Positions 20,349 to 30,647 of a DNA stretch of 64,000 nt are shown here, piece by piece. Each line of letters starts with the position of its first letter. The stretch's first letter is position 1. The position numbers were made by a program, and so were the translations under genes. The notes under the pieces are model-generated. The model had not been told where the DNA came from. It saw only the letters and a program-made list of their open reading frames with translations, and searched no databases. Origin of the DNA: an uncultured Nitrospiraceae bacterium (GTDB lineage: Bacteria > Nitrospirota > Nitrospiria > Nitrospirales > Nitrospiraceae); contig CAWJWJ010000002.1 in the NCBI GenBank assembly GCA_963846575.1, positions 1,600,001 to 1,664,000 of the forward strand. Direction: 5' to 3'.

Positions 20349-21645
20349 CGAACGTCTCGAGCAGGTGGAGCCGCTCTCCGTGACCGGCCGTGTCGCCCAG
20401 GCGGTCGGCATCGTGATCGAAGCATCCGGCCCGTTCACGTCGGTCGGAGAAGTCTGCGAGATTACCAGGGAGGGCGGGCACGGCTCCGTGATGGCGGAGG
20501 TGGTCGGCTTCCGCGAAGATCGTGTCCTGTTGATGCCCCTGGGGGAAATGCAGGGCATCGGGCCGGGGAGTCGTGTCGTCATGAAAGGCCACGTCGCCTC
20601 CGTACCGGTGGGGCCGCAAATGCTGGGCCGTATTTTTGACGGGCTCGGTCATCCGCTGGACGGCATGCCGGCGATACGTAGCGATGTACGGGTGCCGCTC
20701 TACGCCGCGCCCCTCAATCCTCTGCACCGGGCCCGGATCACTCAGCCGGTCGATCTGGGCATCCGGGCCATCAACGCGCTCCTCACCTGCGGCCAGGGTC
20801 AAAAGATCGGGGTGTTTGCCGGGTCCGGTGTCGGCAAAAGCGTTCTCCTGGGAATGATCAGTCGCTATACCCAGGCAGACGTCAGAGTCATCGCCCTGGT
20901 CGGCGAGCGGGGGCGGGAAGTCAAAGAGTTTCTCGAACGCGACCTGACGCCGGAGGCCCGCGCCCGGTCGGTTGTTGTCGTGGCCACCTCCGACCAGCCG
21001 CCCCTGGTGCGGATCCGCGGCGCGCTGGTGGCGACGGCGATCGCCGAATATTTTCGCGACCGCGGAAAACATGTGCTGCTGATGATGGACTCCTTGTCCA
21101 GACTGGCGTACAGCCAGCGCGAAGTCGGGCTGGCCATCGGCGAACCGCCGACCACCAAAGGGTATACGCCGTCGGTCTTTGCAGTCCTGCCCAAACTGCT
21201 TGAACGGGTGGGACCGGCTCAGAGCGGAGGCAGCATCACCGGCCTCTATACCGTACTGGTGGACGGAGACGACCTCAATGACCCCGTGGCCGATGCCGTG
21301 CGGTCGATTCTCGACGGGCATATCGTCTTGTCTCGTGAACTCGCTGCGAGGAATCACTTTCCCGCCATCGATATCCTTCAGAGCACCAGCCGGGTCATGC
21401 GGGACATCGTGACCCCGGCGCACTATGCCGCTGCGAGAATGGTGCTCGAACGCACCGCGCTGTATCGACGATCCGAAGATCTGATCACGCTGGGCGCGTA
21501 CAAGCCGGGCACCAGTAAAGAGCTGGACAAAGCGGTGGCCGCGCACGACGGCATCACAGGGTTTCTGCGTCAGGAAATTCAGGAGCCGATCGGGTTCGGG
21601 CAATCGCTCGACGCCCTGCAGGCGCTGGCGGGGAAAATCCAATGA
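20338..21645 (+). CDS. fliI: Flagellar export ATPase FliI
   Basis: GVFAGSGVGKS Walker A, GERGREV, MDSLSR, GEPPTTKGYTPS; GTG start at 20338. Confidence 0.97.
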   Translation: MKLSERLEQVEPLSVTGRVAQAVGIVIEASGPFTSVGEVCEITREGGHGSVMAEVVGFREDRVLLMPLGEMQGIGPGSRVVMKGHVASVPVGPQMLGRIFDGLGHPLDGMPAIRSDVRVPLYAAPLNPLHRARITQPVDLGIRAINALLTCGQGQKIGVFAGSGVGKSVLLGMISRYTQADVRVIALVGERGREVKEFLERDLTPEARARSVVVVATSDQPPLVRIRGALVATAIAEYFRDRGKHVLLMMDSLSRLAYSQREVGLAIGEPPTTKGYTPSVFAVLPKLLERVGPAQSGGSITGLYTVLVDGDDLNDPVADAVRSILDGHIVLSRELAARNHFPAIDILQSTSRVMRDIVTPAHYAAARMVLERTALYRRSEDLITLGAYKPGTSKELDKAVAAHDGITGFLRQEIQEPIGFGQSLDALQALAGKIQ

Positions 21646-22082
21646 ACCTCGCGGTGCTGCGTACTTACGCGTTGCAGCTCGAAGAAGTCGCCAAGCTTGA
21701 ACTGGCCGACCTTTCCCGGGCGTTGCAGCATACCGTCTCACGAATGGCGGCGATGGAAGCACAGGCCCACGCGGATGCCGACCGGTATGTGTCGTTGATG
21801 CAGGAAGGCAGCACGGTTGCCCAGGCGTACAGTCAGCTCGACGCGATGGATCAGGCCATCTCTGCCCGCAAAGGAATGGAACAGGCTCATGCCGGCCAGC
21901 AGGTGCAATGGACGGCGAAACGAGACGAACTGATCGAAGCCATGCAGTATCGGAAAAAACTCGATCTTCTGTGCACGCGTGCGGTGCAGGAACATCGCCG
22001 TCGTCAGGAACGGCAGGACCAACAGCTGCTCGACGAGCGGGCGTGGCGACGGCTTCCTCCATCGCCTGGAGGGCGGCCATGA
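21642..22082 (+). CDS. fliJ: Flagellar export protein FliJ
   Basis: 146 aa coiled coil after fliI with C-terminal QQLLDE motif. Confidence 0.8.
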   Translation: MNLAVLRTYALQLEEVAKLELADLSRALQHTVSRMAAMEAQAHADADRYVSLMQEGSTVAQAYSQLDAMDQAISARKGMEQAHAGQQVQWTAKRDELIEAMQYRKKLDLLCTRAVQEHRRRQERQDQQLLDERAWRRLPPSPGGRP

Positions 22083-22720
22083 CCTTGCGTCGAGTCCACG
22101 GCAGGGCGGGTCGTCGATGGCATCCGCTCTTCCGGATAGGCCGGTCGATCCTCGGTTGCGTCCTGGCGGGGATCGTCTCCACCGCATCCCCGGCCGCGGA
22201 GCCGGAGGAATCCCAGACCGATTCTGTCACTTCGGAAGATGACGCTCTGCCTCCAGGCCTTACACCCACCGTACAAGGCCCTGCCATCAGCGCCCCGCGG
22301 GAAGTGCTCCACATGCTGGAACAACGCAGGCGTTTTCTGGATAAGCGAGAGGCGGCGCTGCGCGGGGCCGATACCCGCTTGATGGAGTTGAAGGCGGAAC
22401 TTGAGCAGATCGTTACGCGTCATGAAAAAATAGTCGAAGCGGAGAAGAAACGCGCGCAAGCGGCGGACGTGGCCAAAGCGGCCGGATCGAAGGATCCCCG
22501 TAACGCCGGAGGTCCGCGCAACGTGAATCAGGCGCAGTTGGCGAAAATCTACGAGGCGATGCCGCCGGAAGAGGCGGCCGCGCGGCTCGAACGAATGCCC
22601 GAGCGCAAAGCGCTGGAAGTCCTGCGGCTCCTCAAGGGTAAATCCGCGGGCTCGATTCTCGCTGAAGTCAAACCCGATCGTGCCGCCCGCCTGACCGAGC
22701 AATTGTTGACGGCCCCGTAA
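22079..22720 (+). CDS. MotE/FlbB-like flagellar protein (MgtE N-terminal-like domain)
   Basis: Signal/TM segment, coiled coil, LAKIYEAMPPEEAAARL..KSAGSILAEVKPDRAARLT; typical position after fliJ. Confidence 0.75.
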   Translation: MTLRRVHGRAGRRWHPLFRIGRSILGCVLAGIVSTASPAAEPEESQTDSVTSEDDALPPGLTPTVQGPAISAPREVLHMLEQRRRFLDKREAALRGADTRLMELKAELEQIVTRHEKIVEAEKKRAQAADVAKAAGSKDPRNAGGPRNVNQAQLAKIYEAMPPEEAAARLERMPERKALEVLRLLKGKSAGSILAEVKPDRAARLTEQLLTAP

Positions 22721-22848
22721 CCAAGGCCCGCCGGTAGTCCGGCAGGTTTTGCCGCCGAGTCCTGCAGAAACTTCCTGGTTATCCCCTGTTCCTCTCCACC
22801 ATGTTCCAAAACTCCTGTGTCAGAGCGGGTTTTCGCGCCAGCGAAAGG

Positions 22849-22864
22849 TGGCATGGCCCTTGTA
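22849..22864 (+). promoter_or_regulatory. Sigma54-like promoter of fliK-flgD-flgE
   Basis: TGGCATGGCCCTTGTA (-12 is GT instead of GC); enhancer pair at 22740 and 22762. Confidence 0.6.
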
Positions 22865-22912
22865 AAGGTGTTCCCTGGTTACGCACAGAACCAGCGACAC
22901 AAGAGAACACCT

Positions 22913-24499
22913 ATGGCCACCGACGTGCAGCCCTTCCTGAATAGCACCGTAGGCGGGGCGACTCGCCCTGCGACTGGCGCGCGAGAGCACCAGGCCGCAT
23001 CAGCAGGCTCTTCAGACAGGGATTTCGGAAGCATGCTGGAAACGGCGCAGGCCCGGCAAACAGGGTCGGGGCAGGAGTCGGAGGGCACGAAACCACGTCC
23101 GGCCGACCACCCCCGTAATCTCATCCAGGCCGCGACTCATTCACCGTCCGGGCACTCGACGCCTCCTGCTGCTCAAATCCTCGACGGCTCTGCCGGCCGG
23201 ACGGAACTTTCGGAATCAGCACAACCGGAGGATTCCGGCGAAGGACCGGAGCCGATCCGGTCCGAGATCCCCACGCTCTCTCATCAGGCCGTCGCCTTGT
23301 CTCCCGAGATGCTGCTGGCCGCCGGACTCGTTCCGCAGCCCCTGACAGAAGCGCAGGCCACCACGCCCGCGCCTGCTCCATCCGCTGAAGAACCTCATGT
23401 TGCCGACGCAACCGTGGATAGAAAACCCTCGGGCACGCCGCGGACGCCCGTTACCGCCGATCCGACGTTCGCGCAATCCAATGCCGATATGCCACGCGTC
23501 ACAACGCCGCCGCCGGCTCAGACGGCCGGGTCCGTCACGGTCGATGCGATCACGAAACATGCTCCCGCACCATCCGCTCATCCGGTGAAAGCGGCCGACG
23601 TTCCCACAGCCCCGACTGTCGATCCAGAAGCCGCGCCCTTGGTGGACCGCAACACCCAGGCCGAACCCCTGGAGACCCTCCTCAATCCGACCGATGCGTC
23701 ATCCACCGCCACCTCCATCGATCCGGACAAGGTCACCTCATCGATCACGAGGTTCGGCTCGCAGATCACGCCCAAACCCGCATCGGGAACCGAGACGGCG
23801 GATCGCAGCCACCTTGAATCCCCGCCGGATGCCCCCTTGCGCACCAGCGATGCTGCAACCGGCCAGACGACTGCGGGTGCCGACCAGTTCCTGGAACGGG
23901 ATGACCAGCCGTCCTCCGAATCACGGGAGGGGACGACGCATTCCAGATCCCCCGTTCCGCTCACCGAGGACAAAACGATCCGGCCGCAGGTTCCGGATGC
24001 GGCGACCGGAATCAATGCATCCGCCCCTCCCTCCCACGACAGGCCGGCCGAACGGGAGGTTACGGGACAGCCGGCTCTTGCCCATGCCTCGGAAACCGAA
24101 CGGCTTAACGAGCTTCGAGGGTCCTATCCTTCGGCGCAGACTGTGACGCTGGACCTGGATCCGTTGGATATGGGGCCCCTCAGGGTCCGCATCATGATGA
24201 CCGAGCAAACCGTTCACGCCCATATCCGCACCGAACATGGCGAGTTGGGACAAGGACTCTTGCAACAGGGCCAATCGTTGGAAGCCTCACTCCGGACGAC
24301 GGGCCTGGAGATGGGCATGTTGCGTGTGACGGTCGATCAACAGCAACAGGGGCGGGGTGACAACCCCTGGGTGTACCAGCAACAGCAGGGGCGGCCGGGG
24401 TCGGCATCCGCCGGGTCATCGGGAATGAGGGAAGAGGATCGAGGAGCTCGAAGTGAGACGGAGTTATACAACAATGGGCGGGTGAGTTTTTTCGCCTGA
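22913..24499 (+). CDS. fliK: Hook-length control protein FliK
   Basis: Long Pro/Thr/Ala-rich region plus C-terminal [15 protein letters not shown] domain; precedes flgD. Confidence 0.88.
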   Translation: MATDVQPFLNSTVGGATRPATGAREHQAASAGSSDRDFGSMLETAQARQTGSGQESEGTKPRPADHPRNLIQAATHSPSGHSTPPAAQILDGSAGRTELSESAQPEDSGEGPEPIRSEIPTLSHQAVALSPEMLLAAGLVPQPLTEAQATTPAPAPSAEEPHVADATVDRKPSGTPRTPVTADPTFAQSNADMPRVTTPPPAQTAGSVTVDAITKHAPAPSAHPVKAADVPTAPTVDPEAAPLVDRNTQAEPLETLLNPTDASSTATSIDPDKVTSSITRFGSQITPKPASGTETADRSHLESPPDAPLRTSDAATGQTTAGADQFLERDDQPSSESREGTTHSRSPVPLTEDKTIRPQVPDAATGINASAPPSHDRPAEREVTGQPALAHASETERLNELRGSYPSAQTVTLDLDPLDMGPLRVRIMMTEQTVHAHIRTEHGELGQGLLQQGQSLEASLRTTGLEMGMLRVTVDQQQQGRGDNPWVYQQQQGRPGSASAGSSGMREEDRGARSETELYNNGRVSFFA

Positions 24500-24510
24500 T
24501 CGGAGGACGT

Positions 24511-24804
24511 ATGGATTTCAGCAAGTTGATTACCCAGACCAGCGCAGCGGACCCGGCGAGCACCCCGACAGTCAACGGCCAGAAGACTTTGGGGCAACAG
24601 GATTTTCTAAAGTTGCTGCTGACCCAGCTTCAAAACCAGGATCCCTTAAAACCCGTCGAAGACAAGGAATTTATCGCGCAGACGGCTCAGTTCTCCCAGC
24701 TGGATCAGATGACCAGGCTGGTGTCCCTGATGGAAAAGAGTGTCGCCCTTCAGGAGTCGGCCCAGGGTAAAGACCCCAAAGCCGCGACCGCCGTGACGGC
24801 GTAA
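24511..24804 (+). CDS. flgD: Hook capping protein FlgD (short form, N-terminal domain only)
   Basis: [33 protein letters not shown]. Confidence 0.92.
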   Translation: MDFSKLITQTSAADPASTPTVNGQKTLGQQDFLKLLLTQLQNQDPLKPVEDKEFIAQTAQFSQLDQMTRLVSLMEKSVALQESAQGKDPKAATAVTA

Positions 24805-24872
24805 CCCGGTTCACCTGACAACTCGATCGGATTCGGCATCGTACAAGGCTCGGCAACAAGGAGGATCGCAGC

Positions 24873-26096
24873 ATGGGTATTCTTACTTCGATGTTTACCG
24901 CAGTGACCGGATTGAGTACTTACGGCAATGCCATGGGCGTGATCGGGAACAATATTGCGAACATCGGAACCGCGGGGTTCAAGTCCGGCCGGGCGACCTT
25001 TGCAGACCTGATATCATCCAGCGTCTCCGGGGCGACCGGCGGGGGGCAGGTCGGCCTTGGCGTGTACATGAACGATGTTCAAAAGAATTTTACGCAGGGG
25101 TCGATGACGACCACGGGCAATACGTTCGACCTGGCAATCGATGGCACCGGGTTCTACCTGCTACGGAATAACTCGGGCACCAATCTGTACTCGCGTGCCG
25201 GTCAATTCAAGGTCGACAATCTCGGACAAATCACGGATTCGAGCGGCGCCCTGCTGCAGGGGTATCAGGCGGATGTGAACGGCAACATTACCAGCACGGT
25301 TGGAAACATCACCCTGTCGGCGAGCGCCGTCGCCCCGCAGTCGACGAGCACGGTCACGATCCTCGGCAATCTTGATGCGAGCGATACGGTTCCCACGGCT
25401 ACCTTCGCGACAACCGACACCACCTCCTATAACTTCTCGACGGGAACCACCTTCTATGACTCCTTGGGGAATTCCCATCAGATGCAGCTCTACTTTCGCA
25501 AGACGGCTTCCAACACGTGGGGAGTGTACTCGCAGATCGACGGCGGAACGGCGACCGCCCAAACCAGCATGACGTTCAACGCATCCGGGGCGGTAACGGC
25601 CGGCGGATCGCAAACCGTTTCCGCGACATTGACTTCCGGCGCGACCACCCCTCAGACATTGACCGTGAGCCTGGCCGGTCTCACGCAATTCGGTACCCCC
25701 TCCGGCATCATCAGCAACGTACAAAACGGATTCGGGGCGGGAACGTTGGAAAAGATCAGCGTCGATAAACAGGGACAGGTCGTCGCCCAGTTCACCAATG
25801 GACAGACCAAGGCTCTGGCTCAAGTCGTCCTGAACCGTTTCACCAATCCCGATGGCCTGATCAGCGCGGGCGACAACCACTTCACCGAAACCGTCGCATC
25901 CGGCGCGGCCTTGTCCGGAGCGCCCACCGTGAATGGAATGGGCCAGATTCTGTCCGGGACCGTCGAGCAGTCCAACGTGGATCTCGGCAAGGAGTTCGTG
26001 GACATGATCATCACGCAACGTGCGTTTCAAGCCAATTCGCGCGCCATCACGACCAGCGATGAAATGTTGCAGGAACTCGTGAATCTCAAGCGATAA
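24873..26096 (+). CDS. flgE: Hook protein FlgE
   Basis: VIGNNIANIGTAGFK, DLAIDGTGF, YDSLGNSH, EQSNVDL..QRAFQANSRAITTSDEML. Confidence 0.97.
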   Translation: MGILTSMFTAVTGLSTYGNAMGVIGNNIANIGTAGFKSGRATFADLISSSVSGATGGGQVGLGVYMNDVQKNFTQGSMTTTGNTFDLAIDGTGFYLLRNNSGTNLYSRAGQFKVDNLGQITDSSGALLQGYQADVNGNITSTVGNITLSASAVAPQSTSTVTILGNLDASDTVPTATFATTDTTSYNFSTGTTFYDSLGNSHQMQLYFRKTASNTWGVYSQIDGGTATAQTSMTFNASGAVTAGGSQTVSATLTSGATTPQTLTVSLAGLTQFGTPSGIISNVQNGFGAGTLEKISVDKQGQVVAQFTNGQTKALAQVVLNRFTNPDGLISAGDNHFTETVASGAALSGAPTVNGMGQILSGTVEQSNVDLGKEFVDMIITQRAFQANSRAITTSDEMLQELVNLKR

Positions 26097-26104
26097 CCGG
26101 GCAG

Positions 26105-26137
26105 GTCCGGCGCGCCTCACACGAGCGCGCGCCGGAC
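26105..26137 (+). terminator. Strong GC stem-loop after flgE (possible terminator or stabiliser)
   Basis: GTCCGGCGCGC...GCGCGCCGGAC 11-bp stem; no clear U-tract. Confidence 0.45.
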
Positions 26138-26361
26138 ACCGGGTCGGCAATTTCTACCTAGTTCCTTCCGCACTTCATCACTCTCGACCGCCTTCGTATC
26201 TTCGTCAACATTCTGTCGGCCCGCGAAAGCCTCGCGTCACCTCGCTGACGAGCACTCCACACACCGCACCATTCACAGGCCCTGCGACACGAAAATCCCG
26301 CGTTTCCTCACGATCTGTGACCAATTGCGAAGGGGCCGCCACATCCCCATGCCTTGCCGCG

Positions 26362-26377
26362 TGGCATATGCATTGCA
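26362..26377 (+). promoter_or_regulatory. Sigma54 promoter of the fliL-fliA operon
   Basis: TGGCATATGCATTGCA, near consensus. Confidence 0.8.
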
Positions 26378-26419
26378 CCACTGACGGGCTCCGGCAACCA
26401 CTGTCCGCAGGAGGTTCGT

Positions 26420-26956
26420 ATGGCAGCAGAAGCAGCAGAAGAGAAGGTGCTTCCGGTTCCAGTGGGGATGCCCATCAAGATGGTCCTCATCCTGGTCGGG
26501 GGGACGCTCGTCCTCGCATTGGGCGGAGCGTTTACGATGTTTAAATTGATGGGGTCCTCGGGCGACAAGCCGGCCGCGGAAGCCGCATCGGTGGAAAAGC
26601 CGGCTGCCCACGGGGAAGCCGAGTCCAAAGCCGGGGGACATGCGGGGGCCGAGGCCGGGGCGATTGCCGACCTGGATCCCTTCATCGTGAATCTCGCCGA
26701 TTCGCCGGAGGTGCGGTACCTCAAGGTCACCATGAAGTTGGAACTGACCCATGCGTCGGCCGCCGAGGACATCACGGCCCGTACCCCTCAAATCCGCGAC
26801 GCGATCCTCGTGTTGCTGACCAGCCTTGATTCCGTGACCGCCCGTTCTCCGCAAGGAAAACATAAGTTGCGCGAGGACGTGACGCAACGCATCAACGGCC
26901 TGCTTCCCAAAAAGTCGGTCAAGACAGCCTATTTCACGGATTTCGTCATTCAGTAG
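26420..26956 (+). CDS. fliL: Flagellar protein FliL
   Basis: N-terminal TM, LDPFIVNLAD, QIRDAI, YFTDFVIQ; GGAGG RBS. Confidence 0.95.
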   Translation: MAAEAAEEKVLPVPVGMPIKMVLILVGGTLVLALGGAFTMFKLMGSSGDKPAAEAASVEKPAAHGEAESKAGGHAGAEAGAIADLDPFIVNLADSPEVRYLKVTMKLELTHASAAEDITARTPQIRDAILVLLTSLDSVTARSPQGKHKLREDVTQRINGLLPKKSVKTAYFTDFVIQ

Positions 26957-26981
26957 CGTAACGGTACCGGCCGAGGACGTC

Positions 26982-27953
26982 ATGGACAAGATACTGTCGC
27001 AAGAGGAAATCGATGCCCTGATGGGCGGGGTGATGTCCGGCGACGTGGACACGGATCCGAAGGAGGTCGAGGATCCGAACGGAGTCAAGCCCTACAGCCT
27101 GACCCACCAGGAACGCATCATCCGCGGGCGCATGCCCACGATGGAAATGATCAACGACCGCTTTACGCGACAACAGTCCATCTCCTGGAGCGGCCTCTTG
27201 CGGGAGAAGATCGAATTCAGCGTGGTCAGCACTCAGATCATCAAGTTCGGGGATTTCGTCCAGAAGGTGCCGGTTCCGTCCTCGTTCAACCTGTTCATGA
27301 TGGAACCCCTGCGCGGCAACGGCCTCTACATCATGGACGCGATGCTGGTCTATCTCATCGTGGACTTCTTCTTCGGCGGAAAGGTGCAGACACATGTGAA
27401 GCCGGAGGGGAGAGAGTTCACGCCGATTCAGGTTCGTTTGGTCAAAAAGCTGGTGCAGCAGGCGCTCCTGGACCTGGAGAAGGCCTGGCAGGCGGTCATG
27501 CAAATGAAGATCGGCTATTGCCGGTCGGAGAGCAACCCGCAATTTGCCATGGTGGTCACGACGTCGGAGATCGTAGTGGTCGTGACCCTGCAGGTGCACC
27601 TGGGGGATATTTCCCGCGAAATGTTCATCGCCTATCCCTATTCCATGCTCGAACCCATCAAGGAAAAGCTCTATTCCGGCCTGTTTGCCGACAATGTCGA
27701 GCAGGACAGCAGCTGGGGCAGCCGTTTCAAGGATTCCTTGCAAGAGTGCGACGTCGCCATGACGGTGCAGTTGGGGACGGCGCGGATCAGCGTCCAGGAC
27801 CTGCTGAACTTCAACCCCGGCGATGTGCTGATGCTTGATCAACATCCCGGGGATCCCATGCTCTGTCTGGTGGAGGGCGATCCGAAGTTTGAAGGGCAGC
27901 CCGGTGTGTTTAAGGGAAACCACGCCTGTCGTGTCACCAGGGTACTGACCTAG
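26982..27953 (+). CDS. fliM: Motor switch protein FliM
   Basis: ILSQEEIDAL CheY-binding motif, EGREFT, ESNPQF, C-terminal SpoA domain. Confidence 0.97.
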   Translation: MDKILSQEEIDALMGGVMSGDVDTDPKEVEDPNGVKPYSLTHQERIIRGRMPTMEMINDRFTRQQSISWSGLLREKIEFSVVSTQIIKFGDFVQKVPVPSSFNLFMMEPLRGNGLYIMDAMLVYLIVDFFFGGKVQTHVKPEGREFTPIQVRLVKKLVQQALLDLEKAWQAVMQMKIGYCRSESNPQFAMVVTTSEIVVVVTLQVHLGDISREMFIAYPYSMLEPIKEKLYSGLFADNVEQDSSWGSRFKDSLQECDVAMTVQLGTARISVQDLLNFNPGDVLMLDQHPGDPMLCLVEGDPKFEGQPGVFKGNHACRVTRVLT

Positions 27954-27983
27954 TTTCGTGCCGGATTAAAAGGAGATCTGCAT

Positions 27984-28358
27984 ATGGCCAACGGCGACGC
28001 CACCGCACAGTCGGGTGCATCCCATACCGACAGCGGCGAGATGAATCCACAGCCGACATCGTTTCCTCCGGTCGACAATCAGAGTGCGATTCCCGCGAAC
28101 AAGAATATCGAGTTTGTGCTCGATATCCCCCTGCAGGTCACCGTGCAGATCGGCTCCACGCGCATGTTGATCCGTGAACTGCTTCAATTGGGACAGGGCT
28201 CCGTGATCGAACTGAATAAACTCGCGGGAGAACCGATGGAAGTGTTGGTGAATAATAAGCTGGTGGCGCGCGGGGAAGTCGTCGTGGTCAATGAAAAGTT
28301 CGGTATCCGCCTCACCGATGTGGTCAGCCCGAATCAGCGGATTCAACAGCTCGGCTAG
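27984..28358 (+). CDS. fliN: Motor switch protein FliN
   Basis: LDIPLQVTVQIG, GSVIEL, ARGEVVVVNEKFGIR. Confidence 0.97.
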   Translation: MANGDATAQSGASHTDSGEMNPQPTSFPPVDNQSAIPANKNIEFVLDIPLQVTVQIGSTRMLIRELLQLGQGSVIELNKLAGEPMEVLVNNKLVARGEVVVVNEKFGIRLTDVVSPNQRIQQLG

Positions 28359-28415
28359 CGACGGACGGCGTGGCAGTAACCGGTGTGATCCAGCGAGAGG
28401 GATGAACGGTCGCGT

Positions 28416-28775
28416 ATGGAACTCTGGGAAAGTGTGGTACGGATGGTGTCAGCGCTCGGAGTCGTTCTGGCGTTGATTTTAGGTCTTCTCGCGATTGCCC
28501 GTTCCGCCATCGGCCGCCGGTTTCTTCCCCTCAGCGGGACCCCCGCGGTCAAGATCCTGGCGAACAGTCCGCTGGGCTCGCGCAAACACGTCATGGTGGT
28601 CGCCGTGGCGGGAGAAGTGCTCATCCTGGGTACGACCGCGACCGACCTGGTGCCGCTCGGAAAAATCACCGATCCGGAGCAGGTGAAGCGTCTCCTGGCG
28701 GATGCCTCTCCTCTTTCACCGCCGGCCGTTCCCGGTCGTCCGGCTCATAGCCAGGAGGCCCCGCGTGTCTCCTAG
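28416..28775 (+). CDS. fliO: Flagellar biosynthesis protein FliO
   Basis: N-terminal TM, LGSRKHVMVVAVAGEVLILGTT; located between fliN and fliP. Confidence 0.88.
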   Translation: MELWESVVRMVSALGVVLALILGLLAIARSAIGRRFLPLSGTPAVKILANSPLGSRKHVMVVAVAGEVLILGTTATDLVPLGKITDPEQVKRLLADASPLSPPAVPGRPAHSQEAPRVS

Positions 28776-29562
28776 CCGCCGCGCGTTAGCCGGAAAAGGC
28801 GGTGTCACGCCGCGGGGGTTTGGATGGACGGTCATCTGCCTCGGCCTGCTGGTGCTCGGATCCCTCTGCGGCGCCTCGTCCGTCCATGCCGAAGGGCCCT
28901 CCCTTACGCTCGACCTGGGTCAGGGCGGTCCCAAACAAACGGCCGTGGTCCTGCAGATACTTGCGCTCCTGACGGTCCTCTCCCTGGCCCCGGCCATGTT
29001 CATCATGGTGACCTCCTTCACCAGAATGGTCATCGTCCTGTCGTTTCTGCGGCAGGCCCTGGGAACGCAACAGGTCCCGCCCAATCAAGTGCTGATCAGC
29101 CTCGCGTTGTTTCTCACCATGTTCGTCATGGCTCCGGTCGGGCAGGCGGTGTACAAAGACGCCCTGCAGCCGCTCCTGGCGGAGCAGATCGGATATGACG
29201 AAGCCTGGAATCGGGGCATTGTGCCGATTCGATCCTTCATGCTGAAACAGATGCGCGATAAGGATCTCGAGTTGTTCCTCGAACTATCCCATTCTCCGAA
29301 GCCGGCCCAGGTCGAGCAGGTGCCGACGCATGTGATCATCCCCGCCTTTGTGCTGAGCGAACTGCGCATCTCGTTTCAGATCGGCTTTCTACTCTATATC
29401 CCGTTCCTCATCGTCGACATGGTGGTCGCGAGTGTCCTGATGTCCATGGGCATGATGCTGTTGCCGCCGGTCATGATTTCGCTCCCGTTCAAACTGATTC
29501 TGTTTGTCCTTGCCGACGGCTGGTATCTGGTCGTGGGATCCATGGTCAAGAGTTTCCAATAG
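28765..29562 (+). CDS. fliP: Export apparatus protein FliP
   Basis: LTVLSLAP..TSFTR, PPNQVL, ISLPFKLILFVLADGW; GTG start after AGGAGG. Confidence 0.97.
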   Translation: MSPSRRALAGKGGVTPRGFGWTVICLGLLVLGSLCGASSVHAEGPSLTLDLGQGGPKQTAVVLQILALLTVLSLAPAMFIMVTSFTRMVIVLSFLRQALGTQQVPPNQVLISLALFLTMFVMAPVGQAVYKDALQPLLAEQIGYDEAWNRGIVPIRSFMLKQMRDKDLELFLELSHSPKPAQVEQVPTHVIIPAFVLSELRISFQIGFLLYIPFLIVDMVVASVLMSMGMMLLPPVMISLPFKLILFVLADGWYLVVGSMVKSFQ

Positions 29563-29571
29563 GAGCCTCGC

Positions 29572-29844
29572 ATGACAGTCGAAATGGTGACGGAGATCGG
29601 ACGTCAAGCCATCGAAACCGCCATCCTGGTGTCGGCGCCGATTCTGGGATTAAGCCTCATTGTCGGCCTTCTCGTCAGCACCTTTCAGGCGATGACGCAG
29701 ATCAATGAGGCGACGCTGACCTTCGTCCCGAAGGTACTGGCGGTGTTCGCCGCCACCCTGTTGTTTCTGCCCTGGATGATGGGAGTCCTGATCGCCTTCA
29801 TGACCCATATCATCACCAGCATTCCGACGCTGATTCATTCGTAA
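29572..29844 (+). CDS. fliQ: Export apparatus protein FliQ
   Basis: FQAMTQINEATLTFVPK. Confidence 0.97.
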   Translation: MTVEMVTEIGRQAIETAILVSAPILGLSLIVGLLVSTFQAMTQINEATLTFVPKVLAVFAATLLFLPWMMGVLIAFMTHIITSIPTLIHS

Positions 29845-29858
29845 GGCATCGAGCCGCC

Positions 29859-30647
29859 ATGAACGCCGCACAGACCCTGCATCTCGCGCTTCCGCAGTTT
29901 CAAACGTTCTCCATCTTATTGGTCAGGATTGCCGGCATTATCAGCGTCTTTCCGATCCTCAACACCCACACCATCCCCACACCGGTCAAGGCGGGGTTGG
30001 TCACCATGCTGGGCCTGGTCCTCGCTCCCCTGATTCAATTGCCCGCTTTGCCCTCGGACCCCGTCGCAGTCGTCGCCGGTATCGGCAATGAATTTCTGAT
30101 CGGGTTGACGATCGGGTTGGCCGTGCGCCTCCTCTTTTCCGGGTTTCAGATCGCCGGCGATCTGATCGGCACTCAGATGGGCTTCAGCGCCATCCAATTG
30201 CTGGATCCCATGAGCCATCAGAACACGCCTCTCATCTCGCAGTTCCAACTGACGCTCGGCTCATTGGTCTTTCTGTCGCTCAATGCCCATATGCTGGTGG
30301 TCCATGCCATCGGACTGAGTTTCGAACTGGTCCCGCCGTTCGGTGCCCGGTTATCGAACGGTATTGCGCAAGACATCATGCAGCTGGCTCAAAACATGCT
30401 CGGGGTCGCCCTCAAGCTCGCCGCGCCGATGTTCGCAACGTTGTTGATCGTCAATGCCATTCTGGCGATTCTGGGCCGGGCCGTCCCCCAAATGAACATC
30501 TTCGCGTTGAGCTTTCCGATCACGATCGGAGCAGGGCTGATCGCCATGAGTCTGGCCATGCCCTTCACGCTTGCGCTCTTCGAAAAGGAATTCACCACCC
30601 TGGCGGAAACCATTCTGGCGCTGCTGAAAGGCCTCGGCCATGGCTGA
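29859..30647 (+). CDS. fliR: Export apparatus protein FliR
   Basis: Multi-TM protein, AGDLIGTQMGF, RAVPQMNIF. Confidence 0.95.
   Translation: MNAAQTLHLALPQFQTFSILLVRIAGIISVFPILNTHTIPTPVKAGLVTMLGLVLAPLIQLPALPSDPVAVVAGIGNEFLIGLTIGLAVRLLFSGFQIAGDLIGTQMGFSAIQLLDPMSHQNTPLISQFQLTLGSLVFLSLNAHMLVVHAIGLSFELVPPFGARLSNGIAQDIMQLAQNMLGVALKLAAPMFATLLIVNAILAILGRAVPQMNIFALSFPITIGAGLIAMSLAMPFTLALFEKEFTTLAETILALLKGLGHG

Noticed and set aside
20233..22314. 693 aa minus-strand ORF (also 18345-19697, 13929-15173, 25161-26150, 26946-27923 and 38522-39448)
   Set aside because: These are antisense shadows of well-supported flagellar genes, expected from GC-rich codon bias, and show no recognisable motifs
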